From NCBI GenBank assembly GCA_964559435.1, contig CAZLHI010000007.1:13952-77951 (forward strand): a stretch of 64,000 bases of DNA. The letters are read 5' to 3'. Position numbers and translations under genes: made by a program. The DNA is from an uncultured bacterium (GTDB lineage: Bacteria; Armatimonadota; Hebobacteria; Hebobacterales; Hebobacteraceae). Positions 38,066 to 46,976 of the stretch are shown piece by piece (the first letter of the stretch is position 1; the number at the start of each line of letters is the position of its first letter). The notes beneath the pieces are model-generated. The model searched no databases. It was not told the origin of the DNA and saw only the letters and a list, made by a program, of their open reading frames with translations.

Positions 38066-38264
38066 CGACGCCAGAGATGGCCTGAGTCCGCAGTCGGCCT
38101 GGCGCACTCTGGACAAGGTCAACGCCACGACCTTCGCTCCCGGCGACACCATCCTGCTGAAGTCGGGCTGCTCGTGGAAGGGACAGCTCTGGCCGAAGGG
38201 GTCGGGCGAAGAGAGTGGGCCGATCATGATCGACGCCTACGGTGAGGGCGAGAAGCGGGAGTAG
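37968..38264 (+). pseudogene. truncated secreted protein: signal peptide plus N-terminal right-handed beta-helix-like start (98 aa fragment)
   Basis: GGAGGGAGGGAGAG RBS then GTG. Signal peptide VQFVVALVLGLAASAALAAAYHV. YHVDGEQGDDARDGLSPQSAWRTLDKVNATTFAPGDTILLKSG is typical of the N-terminus of pectate-lyase-fold proteins. Stops after 98 aa with no continuation in any frame. Confidence 0.35.
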
Positions 38265-38321
38265 CGGACGGGCGAGCACACGTATGGCGAATCAACCCCA
38301 AGGCCGCAAACAGCTCCGGAC

Positions 38322-38723
38322 ATGACACGATCGGGAATCATATTCCTGCTTCTTGTCCTGGTGGGAGCGGGTGTCTATGTGTTCTACCAGCTCGCCCCCA
38401 CACCTCAGCGGAACCGGCTCATCGGGACGTGGCGGCTTGTCAGCGAAGGGCCCGAGTCCCGCGGCTTCCTCTTCCGGGCCGACGGCACCGGCGCCGTAAG
38501 CTACTGGGACCACGGCCAGGGGAGGGAAAGCCGGCCGTTGGAAATGGAATGGATCATCTCCACCGAGGAGCGGAGGATCTCCATCAGGATTCTCCAGCGC
38601 ATGCCGCGGCGAGGTGACGACAAGATTGAGGGCAGCTACGAATGGGTCCGCGAGGGAATCCTGTTCAACCACGCCGGCGGGCCGATCCCGGCGGGGACGT
38701 TTCTCTACGAGAAGGTTGAGTAG
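38322..38723 (+). CDS. small membrane-anchored hypothetical protein (133 aa)
   Basis: N-terminal TM (IIFLLLVLVGAGVYVF), then a beta-rich soluble part (GTWRLVSEGPESRGFLFRADGTGAVSYWDHG). Confidence 0.45.
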   Translation: MTRSGIIFLLLVLVGAGVYVFYQLAPTPQRNRLIGTWRLVSEGPESRGFLFRADGTGAVSYWDHGQGRESRPLEMEWIISTEERRISIRILQRMPRRGDDKIEGSYEWVREGILFNHAGGPIPAGTFLYEKVE

Positions 38724-38784
38724 GAGGCGTACCTGTCACTAACCTAGTGCTAGTTTCCGTGATTGGCGTTGCCGAGGCATCGCC

Positions 38785-38804
38785 TTGACACCTCGTGCTA
38801 TAAT
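38785..38804 (+). promoter_or_regulatory. promoter with extended -10 (TGcTATAAT) ahead of the fumarate hydratase/his operon
   Basis: TTGACA at 38785-38790; TGCTATAAT at 38796-38804; 30 bp upstream of the GTG start at 38835. Confidence 0.45.
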
Positions 38805-38834
38805 GAACCGGTGGGGTAGGGGAGAGGCGCGCGT

Positions 38835-39680
38835 GTGAAGGAAGTGCCTGCGGCGGAGATCACGGCCAAGGTCGCTGAGCTCTGCATTCGAGCCTGTACG
38901 GTGCTTCCTCCCGATGTCGTGGCCGCGATTGAGGCTGCCCGCGAGCGGGAGGAATCGAGGCTCGGCCGGGAAGTGCTCTCTCGGCTGCTCGAGAACGCCC
39001 GCCTGGCCGCCGATGAAGCGATCCCGATGTGCCAGGACACCGGCCTGGCGGTTGTCTTCGTCGAGCTGGGGGAAGAGGTGAGGGTGAGCGGGGCACATCT
39101 GCGCGAGGCCATCGCGGAGGGCGTGCGCCAGGGATACGAGAAGGGCTACCTGCGCAAGTCGGTGGTCCAGAGCCCCCTCAACCGCTGCAACACCGGCGAC
39201 AACACGCCACCCGTCATCCACACCGAGGTCGTGCCGGGGAGCAAGCTGAAGATCACGGTGGCCGCCAAGGGGGCTGGCTCGGAGAACATGAGCCGCCTCA
39301 AGATGATGGCGCCGGGCGACGGCGTGGAGGGCGTCAAGAGCTTCGTGAGGGAGACAGTCGAGCGGGCGGGGGCAAGCGCCTGCCCGCCGGTCGTCGTCGG
39401 ACTCGGCCTTGGCGGGAGCTTCGAGCAGTGCGCTCTAATCGCGAAGAAGGCTTTGCTGCGATCGCTCACCGATTCCAGCGCCGATCCGGCCGCCGCGAAG
39501 CTGGAGGCCGAGCTGCTCGACCTCATCAACAGCACCGGCATCGGGCCGATGGGCGTCGGGGGTCGCGTCACCGCGCTGGCGGTGAAGGTCGAGACGGCGC
39601 CATCTCACATCGCAAGCATGCCGGTTGCAGTCAACCTCCAGTGCCACGCGGCCAGGCGCGCTGAGTACACGTGGGAGTAG
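38835..39680 (+). CDS. class I fumarate hydratase / Fe-S hydro-lyase, alpha (N-terminal) subunit
   Basis: Fe-S hydro-lyase alpha pattern (MCQDTGLAVVFVELGEEV, KGAGSENMS, cysteine ligands). Confidence 0.75.
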   Translation: MKEVPAAEITAKVAELCIRACTVLPPDVVAAIEAAREREESRLGREVLSRLLENARLAADEAIPMCQDTGLAVVFVELGEEVRVSGAHLREAIAEGVRQGYEKGYLRKSVVQSPLNRCNTGDNTPPVIHTEVVPGSKLKITVAAKGAGSENMSRLKMMAPGDGVEGVKSFVRETVERAGASACPPVVVGLGLGGSFEQCALIAKKALLRSLTDSSADPAAAKLEAELLDLINSTGIGPMGVGGRVTALAVKVETAPSHIASMPVAVNLQCHAARRAEYTWE

Positions 39681-39684
39681 GCTG

Positions 39685-40257
39685 GTGTCCGTTCCCGAGC
39701 CGAGCGAAACGCCGGTCAGCCTGACGACGCCGCTGACCGACAAGGACGTGCTGGGTCTGCGCGCAGGCCAGCCGGTTCTCATCACGGGCGTGGTCTACAC
39801 CGCACGCGACGCAGCCCACCGGCGTATGGCCGAGGCGATCGAGAGAGGGGAGGAGCTGCCATTCAATCTTCGCGGACAGGTCATCTACTATGTCGGCCCA
39901 ACTCCGGCGCCTCCCGGGCGTGTGATCGGCGCGGCCGGTCCGACCAGCGCAAGCCGCATGGACCGGTACACGCCGGGCCTGCTCGAGCGTGGCCTGAAGG
40001 GGATGATCGGAAAAGGCCCGCGCTCCGAGGAGATCCGGGAGGCGCTCAAGAAGCACAAGGCGGTCTACTTCGGAGGGCTAGGCGGGGCGGGAGCGCTCCT
40101 TGCACGACAGATCCGTACGGTCCAAATGGTAGCGTACGAGGACCTGGGGGCGGAGGCTATACGCCGTCTGGAGATAAAGGACTTCCCCGCCATCGTCATC
40201 AACGACTGCTTCGGCGGGGATGCCTACGCGGAGGCGAAGGCGCGCTGGCGGAAGTGA
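39685..40257 (+). CDS. class I fumarate hydratase / Fe-S hydro-lyase, beta (C-terminal) subunit
   Basis: GTG 5 nt after the alpha stop. Beta-subunit pattern (LRAGQPVLITGVVYTARDAAH, YYVGPTPAPPGRVIGAAGPTSASRMD). Confidence 0.75.
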   Translation: MSVPEPSETPVSLTTPLTDKDVLGLRAGQPVLITGVVYTARDAAHRRMAEAIERGEELPFNLRGQVIYYVGPTPAPPGRVIGAAGPTSASRMDRYTPGLLERGLKGMIGKGPRSEEIREALKKHKAVYFGGLGGAGALLARQIRTVQMVAYEDLGAEAIRRLEIKDFPAIVINDCFGGDAYAEAKARWRK

Positions 40258-40910
40258 TAAGAGCAGAGATCGCGATAATCGACTATGGGATGGGGAACCT
40301 GCGAAGCGTGGAGAAGGCACTTCAGCGCGTGGGTGCGGAGGCCCGGGTCATCGACTCGCCCGAAGCGGCCGCGGGCGCAAAGGGGCTCGTGCTACCAGGA
40401 GTGGGCGCGTTCGGCCAGGCGATGGAGCGGCTGTCGGAGGCTGGGTTCGACCAACTCGTGAAGGAGTGGGTGGGCGCGGATCGACCGTTTCTCGGGATAT
40501 GCTTGGGGCTACAGCTGCTGTTCACGGAGAGCGAGGAGTTCGGACCGGTGCGGGGGCTGGACATCGTGCCGGGCCGCGTCGTGCGGTTCCGCGGGCCGCA
40601 GTACGAGCAGCACGGGGACGAGCCGGGCCTGAAGGTGCCACATATGGGATGGAATAGCCTGAAGGTGACCAAACCGCATCCCGTGGTTGGGAACCTGCCG
40701 GCAGACGCGATGGCGTACTTCGTGCACTCCTACTACTGCGTTCCCGATGATGCCGACTGGACTGCCATCGTCACCGACCATGGGATGGAGTTCACCTCGG
40801 CCGTGTCGCGGGGACGAGTGTTCGCGTCGCAGTTCCATCCCGAGAAGAGCGGGGATGTGGGCCTGCAGATGCTGACGAACTTCGTCGGTCTCGTGGCTGG
40901 GACGTCGTGA
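40254..40910 (+). CDS. hisH: imidazole glycerol phosphate synthase, glutamine amidotransferase subunit
   Basis: IAIIDYGMGNLRSV, catalytic GICLGLQ, and His-Glu of the class I amidotransferase triad. GTG overlaps the fumarase beta stop (GTGA). Confidence 0.85.
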   Translation: MIRAEIAIIDYGMGNLRSVEKALQRVGAEARVIDSPEAAAGAKGLVLPGVGAFGQAMERLSEAGFDQLVKEWVGADRPFLGICLGLQLLFTESEEFGPVRGLDIVPGRVVRFRGPQYEQHGDEPGLKVPHMGWNSLKVTKPHPVVGNLPADAMAYFVHSYYCVPDDADWTAIVTDHGMEFTSAVSRGRVFASQFHPEKSGDVGLQMLTNFVGLVAGTS

Positions 40911-41620
40911 TGGAGGTCATCCCAGTAATTGACCTCCGTGCCGGCCGCTGTGTCAACCTGGTCCAGGGCGACTACGACCGCGAAACCGTCTTCGGCGATG
41001 ATCCACCCGCGATGGCGCGCCGATGGGAGTCGCTGGGAGCACCCCGCCTCCACGTCGTTGACCTCGACGGAGCGAGGGAAGGTTCTCCTCGCAACCTTGA
41101 TGCTGTCCGAGGCATCTGCGATGCCATCTCCATCCCCGTCCAGCTCGGCGGTGGCATGCGGGATGTCGCCACCGCCCGCCGGGCCTTCGACACAGGCGTG
41201 GACCGCGTGATCATCGGCACGGCCGCGCTCGATCTTGACCGGGCCGCCAGCTTCGTCGCCGAGTTCGGCGAGGCAGTGGCGGCCGGCATCGACGCCCGCG
41301 ACGGCCTTGTCGCCGTCCGCGGCTGGCTCGACACGACCAAGGTCCGCGCGCTCGACCTAGCGGAGAAGCTCGGCTCCCTCGGTTTCCGATGGATCGTCTT
41401 CACCGACATTCAGAGCGACGGCATGCTCAAGGGCACGAACATCCCGGCAGTGAGAGAGATGGTCGAGTCTGTCGACGCCTCCGTCATCGCCTCCGGGGGC
41501 ATCACAACCGTTGATGATCTGCGCGCTGCCCGGGAGGCGGGAGCCGCGGGAGCCATCGTCGGGCGCGCGCTGTATACAGGCGCGCTCAATCTGAAGGAAG
41601 CCTTGGAAGCTGCATGCTAG
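40907..41620 (+). CDS. hisA: ProFAR isomerase
   Basis: [15 protein letters not shown]...GGGMRD...GTAA pattern of HisA (beta/alpha)8 barrel. Confidence 0.85.
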   Translation: MMEVIPVIDLRAGRCVNLVQGDYDRETVFGDDPPAMARRWESLGAPRLHVVDLDGAREGSPRNLDAVRGICDAISIPVQLGGGMRDVATARRAFDTGVDRVIIGTAALDLDRAASFVAEFGEAVAAGIDARDGLVAVRGWLDTTKVRALDLAEKLGSLGFRWIVFTDIQSDGMLKGTNIPAVREMVESVDASVIASGGITTVDDLRAAREAGAAGAIVGRALYTGALNLKEALEAAC

Positions 41621-42402
41621 CGAAGCGAATCATATGCTGTCTCGACGTGGACCGCGGCCGTGTCGTGAAATGCATCAAGTTCCTCGACCCGCGAGACGCG
41701 GGCGATCCCGTCGAGCTTGCCCGACGCTACGACGCCGAGGGCGTCGACGAACTCACGTTCTATGACATCACGGCCTCCCATGAGGCGCGCGATATCATGC
41801 TCGACGTCGCGGCCCGCACTGCAGAAGAGGTGTTCATCCCTTTCACCGTCGGCGGCGGCATCCGGGCCGTGGACGACTTCCGGGCGGTGCTGAAGACCGG
41901 GGCCGACAAGGTTTCGATCAACACCGCGGCATTGAAGCGACCGGAGCTGATATCGGAGGCGGCCGAGCGCTTCGGGAGCCAGTGCGTGATTCTCTCCATC
42001 GACGCCAAACGTAAGACAGATACGCCGCCTGACAAGCCTAAGTGGCTGTGCTACATCAACGGTGGCCGAGTTGCCACAGGTGTGGACGCGGTCGAGTGGG
42101 CACAGCGGGGCGAGGAGCTGGGCGCCGGCGAGATCGTGCTCAACAGCATGGATGCAGACGGCACCATGGCCGGCTACGATATTCCCCTCTGCCGCGCCGT
42201 CGCGGACGCCGTGAGCATCCCGGTCATCGCCTCCGGCGGCGCCGGCAAACCAGAGCACCTCTACCAGGCCCTAACGGAGGGGCGCTGCGAGGCCGCGCTG
42301 GTCGCCAGCATTGCACACTACTCGGCTCAGCCAATCGCCGAGATCAAGGAGCACCTTGCCGAGCGCGGCCTTCCTGTGAGGCCGACGCGGCTGGCAGCCT
42401 AG
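41614..42402 (+). CDS. hisF: imidazole glycerol phosphate synthase, cyclase subunit
   Basis: [19 protein letters not shown]...GGGIR...ASGGAG HisF signature. Start overlaps the hisA stop. Confidence 0.9.
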   Translation: MLAKRIICCLDVDRGRVVKCIKFLDPRDAGDPVELARRYDAEGVDELTFYDITASHEARDIMLDVAARTAEEVFIPFTVGGGIRAVDDFRAVLKTGADKVSINTAALKRPELISEAAERFGSQCVILSIDAKRKTDTPPDKPKWLCYINGGRVATGVDAVEWAQRGEELGAGEIVLNSMDADGTMAGYDIPLCRAVADAVSIPVIASGGAGKPEHLYQALTEGRCEAALVASIAHYSAQPIAEIKEHLAERGLPVRPTRLAA

Positions 42403-42438
42403 CAAGGTTACGGGCGCGCCCAGAGAGGAGGAGGGGGC

Positions 42439-44379
42439 TTGAGGCAGTCGCGCGGCGGCATCACCGCGCGCAGCGTGATCATTGGGCTACTGCTCGCCTG
42501 CGCGCTCTGCGCCATCACGCCCTACAACGACTACGTCATCGTCAACACGTACATCGCCGGGAATCACTTCCCGGTGGGCGCGGTCGCTGTTCTGCTGCTG
42601 CTCGGGCTCCTGAACGTCATCGCGCTGAAGAGGCGGGGCCGCGCTTTGCTGCGAACGCGGGAGGTGGCCGTGATCTACATCATCATCATGGTCACTTCGG
42701 GGATCCCCTCGTCGGGACTGCTTCGGTACCTCATTACGGTCCTCTGCGTTCCCTACTACTACGCGAGCGCGGGCAACCGTTGGGAGGTGCTGTTCTGGGA
42801 CCACATCCCGACATGGACGTGGGTGAGTGACGATTTCGCGGTGAAGGCGTTCTGGGAGGGATTGCCTGACGGGATGGGGGTTCCGTGGCACGCCTGGGCG
42901 CTCCCGCTGTCGCGCTGGAGCCTCTTCGTCGGCGCCGTGTGGCTCATGATGGTGTGCCTCGCGGCGCTTGTGCGGAAGCAGTGGGCAGACCGCGAGCGGC
43001 TCGCCTTCCCGCTCGTCCAATTTCCGGTGGAGGTCCTGCGCAGCGACGGCCGGGGCGAGTCAGTCCCCTTCTTCAGCAATCGCCTGGTCTGGGTCGGCGC
43101 CGGAGCGGTATTCCTGCTGCACTCAATTAACGGCCTCCACCAGCACTTCCCCGCGGTTCCGTCCGTCCCGACCTTCTGGGATTTCAACTCGCAGCTGACG
43201 GACCGGCCCTGGAACGGGATGATTCCCCTTTACCTCGGCATCTTCCCGTCGGCCATCGGGTTCGCCTACCTACTCTCTCTCGAGGTGGCGGCGGGATTCT
43301 GGGCGGCGGTGCTGTTCACCAAGGCGCAGGCAGTCACGATGCGGCTGTTGGGCCATGAGGGGAACGGGTGGTCCGGCATCATCGGACAGGTGGAGGGATG
43401 GGAGCAGATGGGGGCGGTCATCGCCCTCGCTGTCGTCCTCGGCTGGTTGCTGCGCGGGAGCATAGCGGACGCCTTCCGGAAAGCATTCTCTCGCGCTCCG
43501 GACATCGACGATTCGGGCGAGCCGCTCGGCTACCGCGCGGCCGTCTTCGGATTGCTGCTCAGCCTGGCCGTCATGGCGCTGTGGCTGCGTTCATCTGGCA
43601 TGACCGTTGCACACTTGCTTGGGTTCCTCATCGCCTTTGTCGCGATGTGCCTGGTCCTCGCTCGCATCGTCGCGGAGGCCGGGATGCTCATGGTGCACTA
43701 CAGCTTCCGACCAACCGCCTATCTACTCCTCGTTGGGGGACCGGCGGCCGTCGGTGCTCGGAACTTGACGCCGCTGTCGTTCGTGGACTGCGCACTGACG
43801 TTCGACCTGCGCGAGTTCCTCCTGCCCTCGGCCCTGAACGCCTTCAAGCTGTCCGACCAGGTCAACGTCTCGCCACGGGGGATCGCAAAGACGATTGGGG
43901 CGGCCCTCGCTGTCTCCTTCGTCGTGAGCGTCGCCGCCTTCTTGTGGACTGTCTACCACCGCGGCGCCTCCCAGATCACCGGGTGGGACGTCCTTGCATT
44001 CCACCCGAGGCGGTTTTTCAATATGCTCGGCGGGCAGCTCGACAACCCGGCGCCTCCGCCCAACACGGCCTACTTCGCCATGGCCGCCGGAGCGGCCCTG
44101 GTCACACTCCTCGCCTGGCTGCGCATCAACTTCGTCTGGTGGCCGATTCATCCGCTGGGGTTCGCGATGGCGAGTTCCTGGGCCAGCGTCAACCTCTGGT
44201 TCTCGCTCTTTCTGGGATGGTTGTTCAAGCTGCTGGTCATCCGCTATACTGGTCTTCGCGGGTACGTCCAGTTCCGACCTCTCTTCATGGGAGTCATCTT
44301 GGGTGATATCCTCGGCGCGGTTCTGTGGATCATCGTCGGATGGTTCACGGGCGTCGGGATCATGGTGACGGTGAATTAG
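42439..44379 (+). CDS. large polytopic membrane protein (646 aa, ~14 TM), unknown function
   Basis: Hydrophobic helices throughout (e.g. SVIIGLLLACALCAITPY, AVAVLLLLGLLNVIAL, LFMGVILGDILGAVLWIIVGWFTGVGIMV). Embedded between hisF and hisI-cmk on the same strand with 36-nt and 8-nt gaps. Confidence 0.6.
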   Translation: MRQSRGGITARSVIIGLLLACALCAITPYNDYVIVNTYIAGNHFPVGAVAVLLLLGLLNVIALKRRGRALLRTREVAVIYIIIMVTSGIPSSGLLRYLITVLCVPYYYASAGNRWEVLFWDHIPTWTWVSDDFAVKAFWEGLPDGMGVPWHAWALPLSRWSLFVGAVWLMMVCLAALVRKQWADRERLAFPLVQFPVEVLRSDGRGESVPFFSNRLVWVGAGAVFLLHSINGLHQHFPAVPSVPTFWDFNSQLTDRPWNGMIPLYLGIFPSAIGFAYLLSLEVAAGFWAAVLFTKAQAVTMRLLGHEGNGWSGIIGQVEGWEQMGAVIALAVVLGWLLRGSIADAFRKAFSRAPDIDDSGEPLGYRAAVFGLLLSLAVMALWLRSSGMTVAHLLGFLIAFVAMCLVLARIVAEAGMLMVHYSFRPTAYLLLVGGPAAVGARNLTPLSFVDCALTFDLREFLLPSALNAFKLSDQVNVSPRGIAKTIGAALAVSFVVSVAAFLWTVYHRGASQITGWDVLAFHPRRFFNMLGGQLDNPAPPPNTAYFAMAAGAALVTLLAWLRINFVWWPIHPLGFAMASSWASVNLWFSLFLGWLFKLLVIRYTGLRGYVQFRPLFMGVILGDILGAVLWIIVGWFTGVGIMVTVN

Positions 44380-44387
44380 GAGGGGCA

Positions 44388-45458
44388 GTGGACCTCGACG
44401 CTCTGAAATGGGACGAGCGCGGGCTTATCTCGGTCATCTTCCAGGACCACGAGACCGGCGAGGTGCTGGTCCTCGGGTACATGAATCGCGGGGCGCTCGA
44501 GAAGACGCTCGAGACAGGCAAGGCTTATCTCTTCCGGCGCTCCCACGGTCGGGTGATGATGAAGGGGGAGACATCCGGCAACTACCAGCTCGTCAAGGAG
44601 GTCCTGGTGGACTGCGACGGCGACGCGCTGGTGATGAAGATCGAGCAGATCGGCGGCGCGGCCTGCCACGAAGGCTATCGCTCCTGCTTCTATCGCAAGC
44701 TGGTCGGCGATCGCCTCGAGATCGTGGGGGAGCGTGTCTTCGAGCCGAAGGAGGTCTACCGGCCGAGCAGAAGGCGGCAGCCGTGCGTGGCCATTGACGG
44801 TCCCGTGGCGGCAGGCAAGAGCACCATCGCCAGGCTGGTGGCACGTGAGCTCGGCTTCACATACGTGGACTCCGGGGCGACGTACCGCGGGCTCGCCTGG
44901 GCGGCACGCCGTCACGGCATCTCGCCGGACGATCGCGCCCGATTCGACGATTTCCTCGGGGAGCTGGACATCCAGCTGCGGCCGCGGCCTGATGGGCTCA
45001 ACCAGGTGCTCGTGGATGGCCAGGACGTGACGGACGAGATTCGCTCCCCACAGATCGGAAAGCTGGCCTCGAGGCTATCGGCCATCCCGCGGGTCCGGCG
45101 CCGTATGGTGGCCCTGCAGAAGGAGATGGCCAGGGAGGGCGGGGTCGTGATGGAGGGGAGGGATATTCAGACGGTGGTGCTGCCGGAAGCCGAGGTAAAG
45201 ATCTTCCTCACGGCGCCGGCTGAGGAGCGTGCGGAGCGCCGATGGCACGAGCTCCGAGCTCAAGGGGTCAGTGCCGACCTGCAGCAGGTTCAGGCTGAGA
45301 TCGAGGCGCGGGATAAGCAGGACTCCACGCGGTCGGATTCCCCCCTACGGGCCGCGTCGCATGCAGTTCACGTGGACACAGCCGGCATGACCATAGAACA
45401 GGTCGTGGCCACGGTGCTCGAAGTCGCGCGCGAGCGCTGCCCGACTGACCGGGCTTAA
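44388..45458 (+). CDS. hisI-cmk: bifunctional fusion: phosphoribosyl-AMP cyclohydrolase (HisI) + cytidylate kinase (Cmk)
   Basis: AGGAGG RBS then GTG 44388. N-terminal ~125 aa is HisI (DERGLISVIFQDHETGEVLVLGYMNRGALEKT...GETSGNYQLVKEVLVDCDGDALVMKIEQIGGAACHEGYRSCFYR). After a short RPSRRRQP linker comes Cmk (CVAIDGPVAAGKSTIARLVARELGFTYVDSGATYRGLA, ...RDKQDSTRSDSPL) with no intervening stop. No HisE domain. Confidence 0.75.
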   Translation: MDLDALKWDERGLISVIFQDHETGEVLVLGYMNRGALEKTLETGKAYLFRRSHGRVMMKGETSGNYQLVKEVLVDCDGDALVMKIEQIGGAACHEGYRSCFYRKLVGDRLEIVGERVFEPKEVYRPSRRRQPCVAIDGPVAAGKSTIARLVARELGFTYVDSGATYRGLAWAARRHGISPDDRARFDDFLGELDIQLRPRPDGLNQVLVDGQDVTDEIRSPQIGKLASRLSAIPRVRRRMVALQKEMAREGGVVMEGRDIQTVVLPEAEVKIFLTAPAEERAERRWHELRAQGVSADLQQVQAEIEARDKQDSTRSDSPLRAASHAVHVDTAGMTIEQVVATVLEVARERCPTDRA

Positions 45459-45485
45459 TCGGGGGGACAGCGCCGAAGCCCGGTG

Positions 45486-46430
45486 CTACCGCGCTTGAAT
45501 AGTGGCGTGGAGGCGTGCCTCCAACCCGGCCTCCTGCTGGCCCTCGGCTCCCCCTGAGAATGCGATGCGGGTGACTAGGGAGACGTTGTAGTCGGCGCGC
45601 ACCAGACGGCCCTCGAGAGGATTGAAGAACTCCGTCGACGTGATCGTCTCTCTCATGTCGGGGACGGCGACGGTGACCGTTGACTCGGGCGGTCCGACGT
45701 TCATCGGGCTCGCGCGGAGGCGAGCCTCCCCGTATCCGCTTATCTTCGCCAGGCCTACCCCGCCTTGGTCTGCGTAAGAGTCCAGGGTCCGGGAGGTCGT
45801 GACCGTCACGGGCATGGCCGGTCCGAATGGGCTGATCTGTATTGACCTTCGCCACGTGTTCCCCACCTTCACGGGCTCCTCAGGGAAGAGCGGCTCCCCG
45901 AGATTCCGGAGCTGCGGCTTCCCGAAGCCAGGTGCGATCTGCTCCATCCCTGCCAGATTCAGGATTTCGGACAAGACAACATCCAGGATCTGACCCTTGG
46001 GAGAGACCACAACTTCCAGTGGTACGCCGAGGACGAGCACCTGGCTCATGTCCGCATCCGGCGGCGCTTGCTCCCTGCCGTCGGCATACCAGCGGACCCG
46101 ACCATTCGAATAGGCCAATCTGGCGCGCTGGGGGCCTACCGTGGCCCGGATGTCAGCGCTTGGCATCAGAAGGTGAAGGCGCGCGTTCCCGTCGGGCAGC
46201 ACCTCTGCCACGGTCACCTTGAGGCGGAGATTCCCCCGCAGCCCCATTGCGGCGAATTCGCCGTCCGGCGCTCTCAGGCCGCCTGAGCCCGACATCGTGA
46301 TGTCGTACTCCATCACGTCGCCAGGCGCGAACTTGAAGGAGAGGTCCACCGCCTCCTGGGCCCGAGCCACAGTCGCCGCGACGAGCAGGACGAACGCGCT
46401 CAGCAGAAGTAGTAGGGCACATCGCGCCAT
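45486..46430 (-). CDS. secreted hypothetical protein (314 aa)
   Basis: Signal peptide MARCALLLLLSAFVLLVAATVARAQ, then a beta-rich sequence with no recognisable catalytic motifs. Confidence 0.55.
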   Translation of the reverse strand: MARCALLLLLSAFVLLVAATVARAQEAVDLSFKFAPGDVMEYDITMSGSGGLRAPDGEFAAMGLRGNLRLKVTVAEVLPDGNARLHLLMPSADIRATVGPQRARLAYSNGRVRWYADGREQAPPDADMSQVLVLGVPLEVVVSPKGQILDVVLSEILNLAGMEQIAPGFGKPQLRNLGEPLFPEEPVKVGNTWRRSIQISPFGPAMPVTVTTSRTLDSYADQGGVGLAKISGYGEARLRASPMNVGPPESTVTVAVPDMRETITSTEFFNPLEGRLVRADYNVSLVTRIAFSGGAEGQQEAGLEARLHATIQAR

Positions 46431-46656
46431 AGCAGGCTCTCCTGGCCGCGCCGACCGGCGCGGAAGCTATTGTCACTGGCCTATACCACATCGGGCGCTT
46501 GTCTCATTGCGGGCCGTCCAGCAACCGCCGGAGACGATCAGGCGCCACGCCCTCGCTAGCGCACGTGCCGAGCCATATGGTATAATCGCGCAAGCGGGAG
46601 CTCGCGTTCGAGGTACATCTCGCGACAGGCTATGCCGAAGAAGAGGAGCGTTCGGC

Positions 46657-46947
46657 ATGGAGATGATGGATTGCCCACACTGCAGGACGCAGAACTCCGT
46701 CAAGCGCGACTACTGCTATCAGTGTGGGGGAGAACTGCAGGGGGAGCCAAATACCACGGCCGACCTGGAGTACGTACCGACCTGCGCTAGCTGCGCCCGT
46801 GCAGCGATCTTTCCGCCGCCCGGGCGGACGATAGCCCAGGACCAAGTTTGGTGCATGGAGCGCGACGAAGCGGTCCCTTCCGGACAGATGGCTGGGGACT
46901 GCTTTGCAGAGCCCTTCGGCTGGAAGCGGGAGGACATTCTGGACTGA
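46657..46947 (+). CDS. small zinc-ribbon protein (96 aa)
   Basis: CPHC...CYQCG and CASCARA cysteine pairs. Extended -10 promoter TGGTATAAT at 46574-46582 and GAAGAAGAGGAG RBS upstream. Confidence 0.5.
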   Translation: MEMMDCPHCRTQNSVKRDYCYQCGGELQGEPNTTADLEYVPTCASCARAAIFPPPGRTIAQDQVWCMERDEAVPSGQMAGDCFAEPFGWKREDILD

Positions 46948-46976
46948 GGCCTAAGGTCCCACTAGCAGCCATATTG

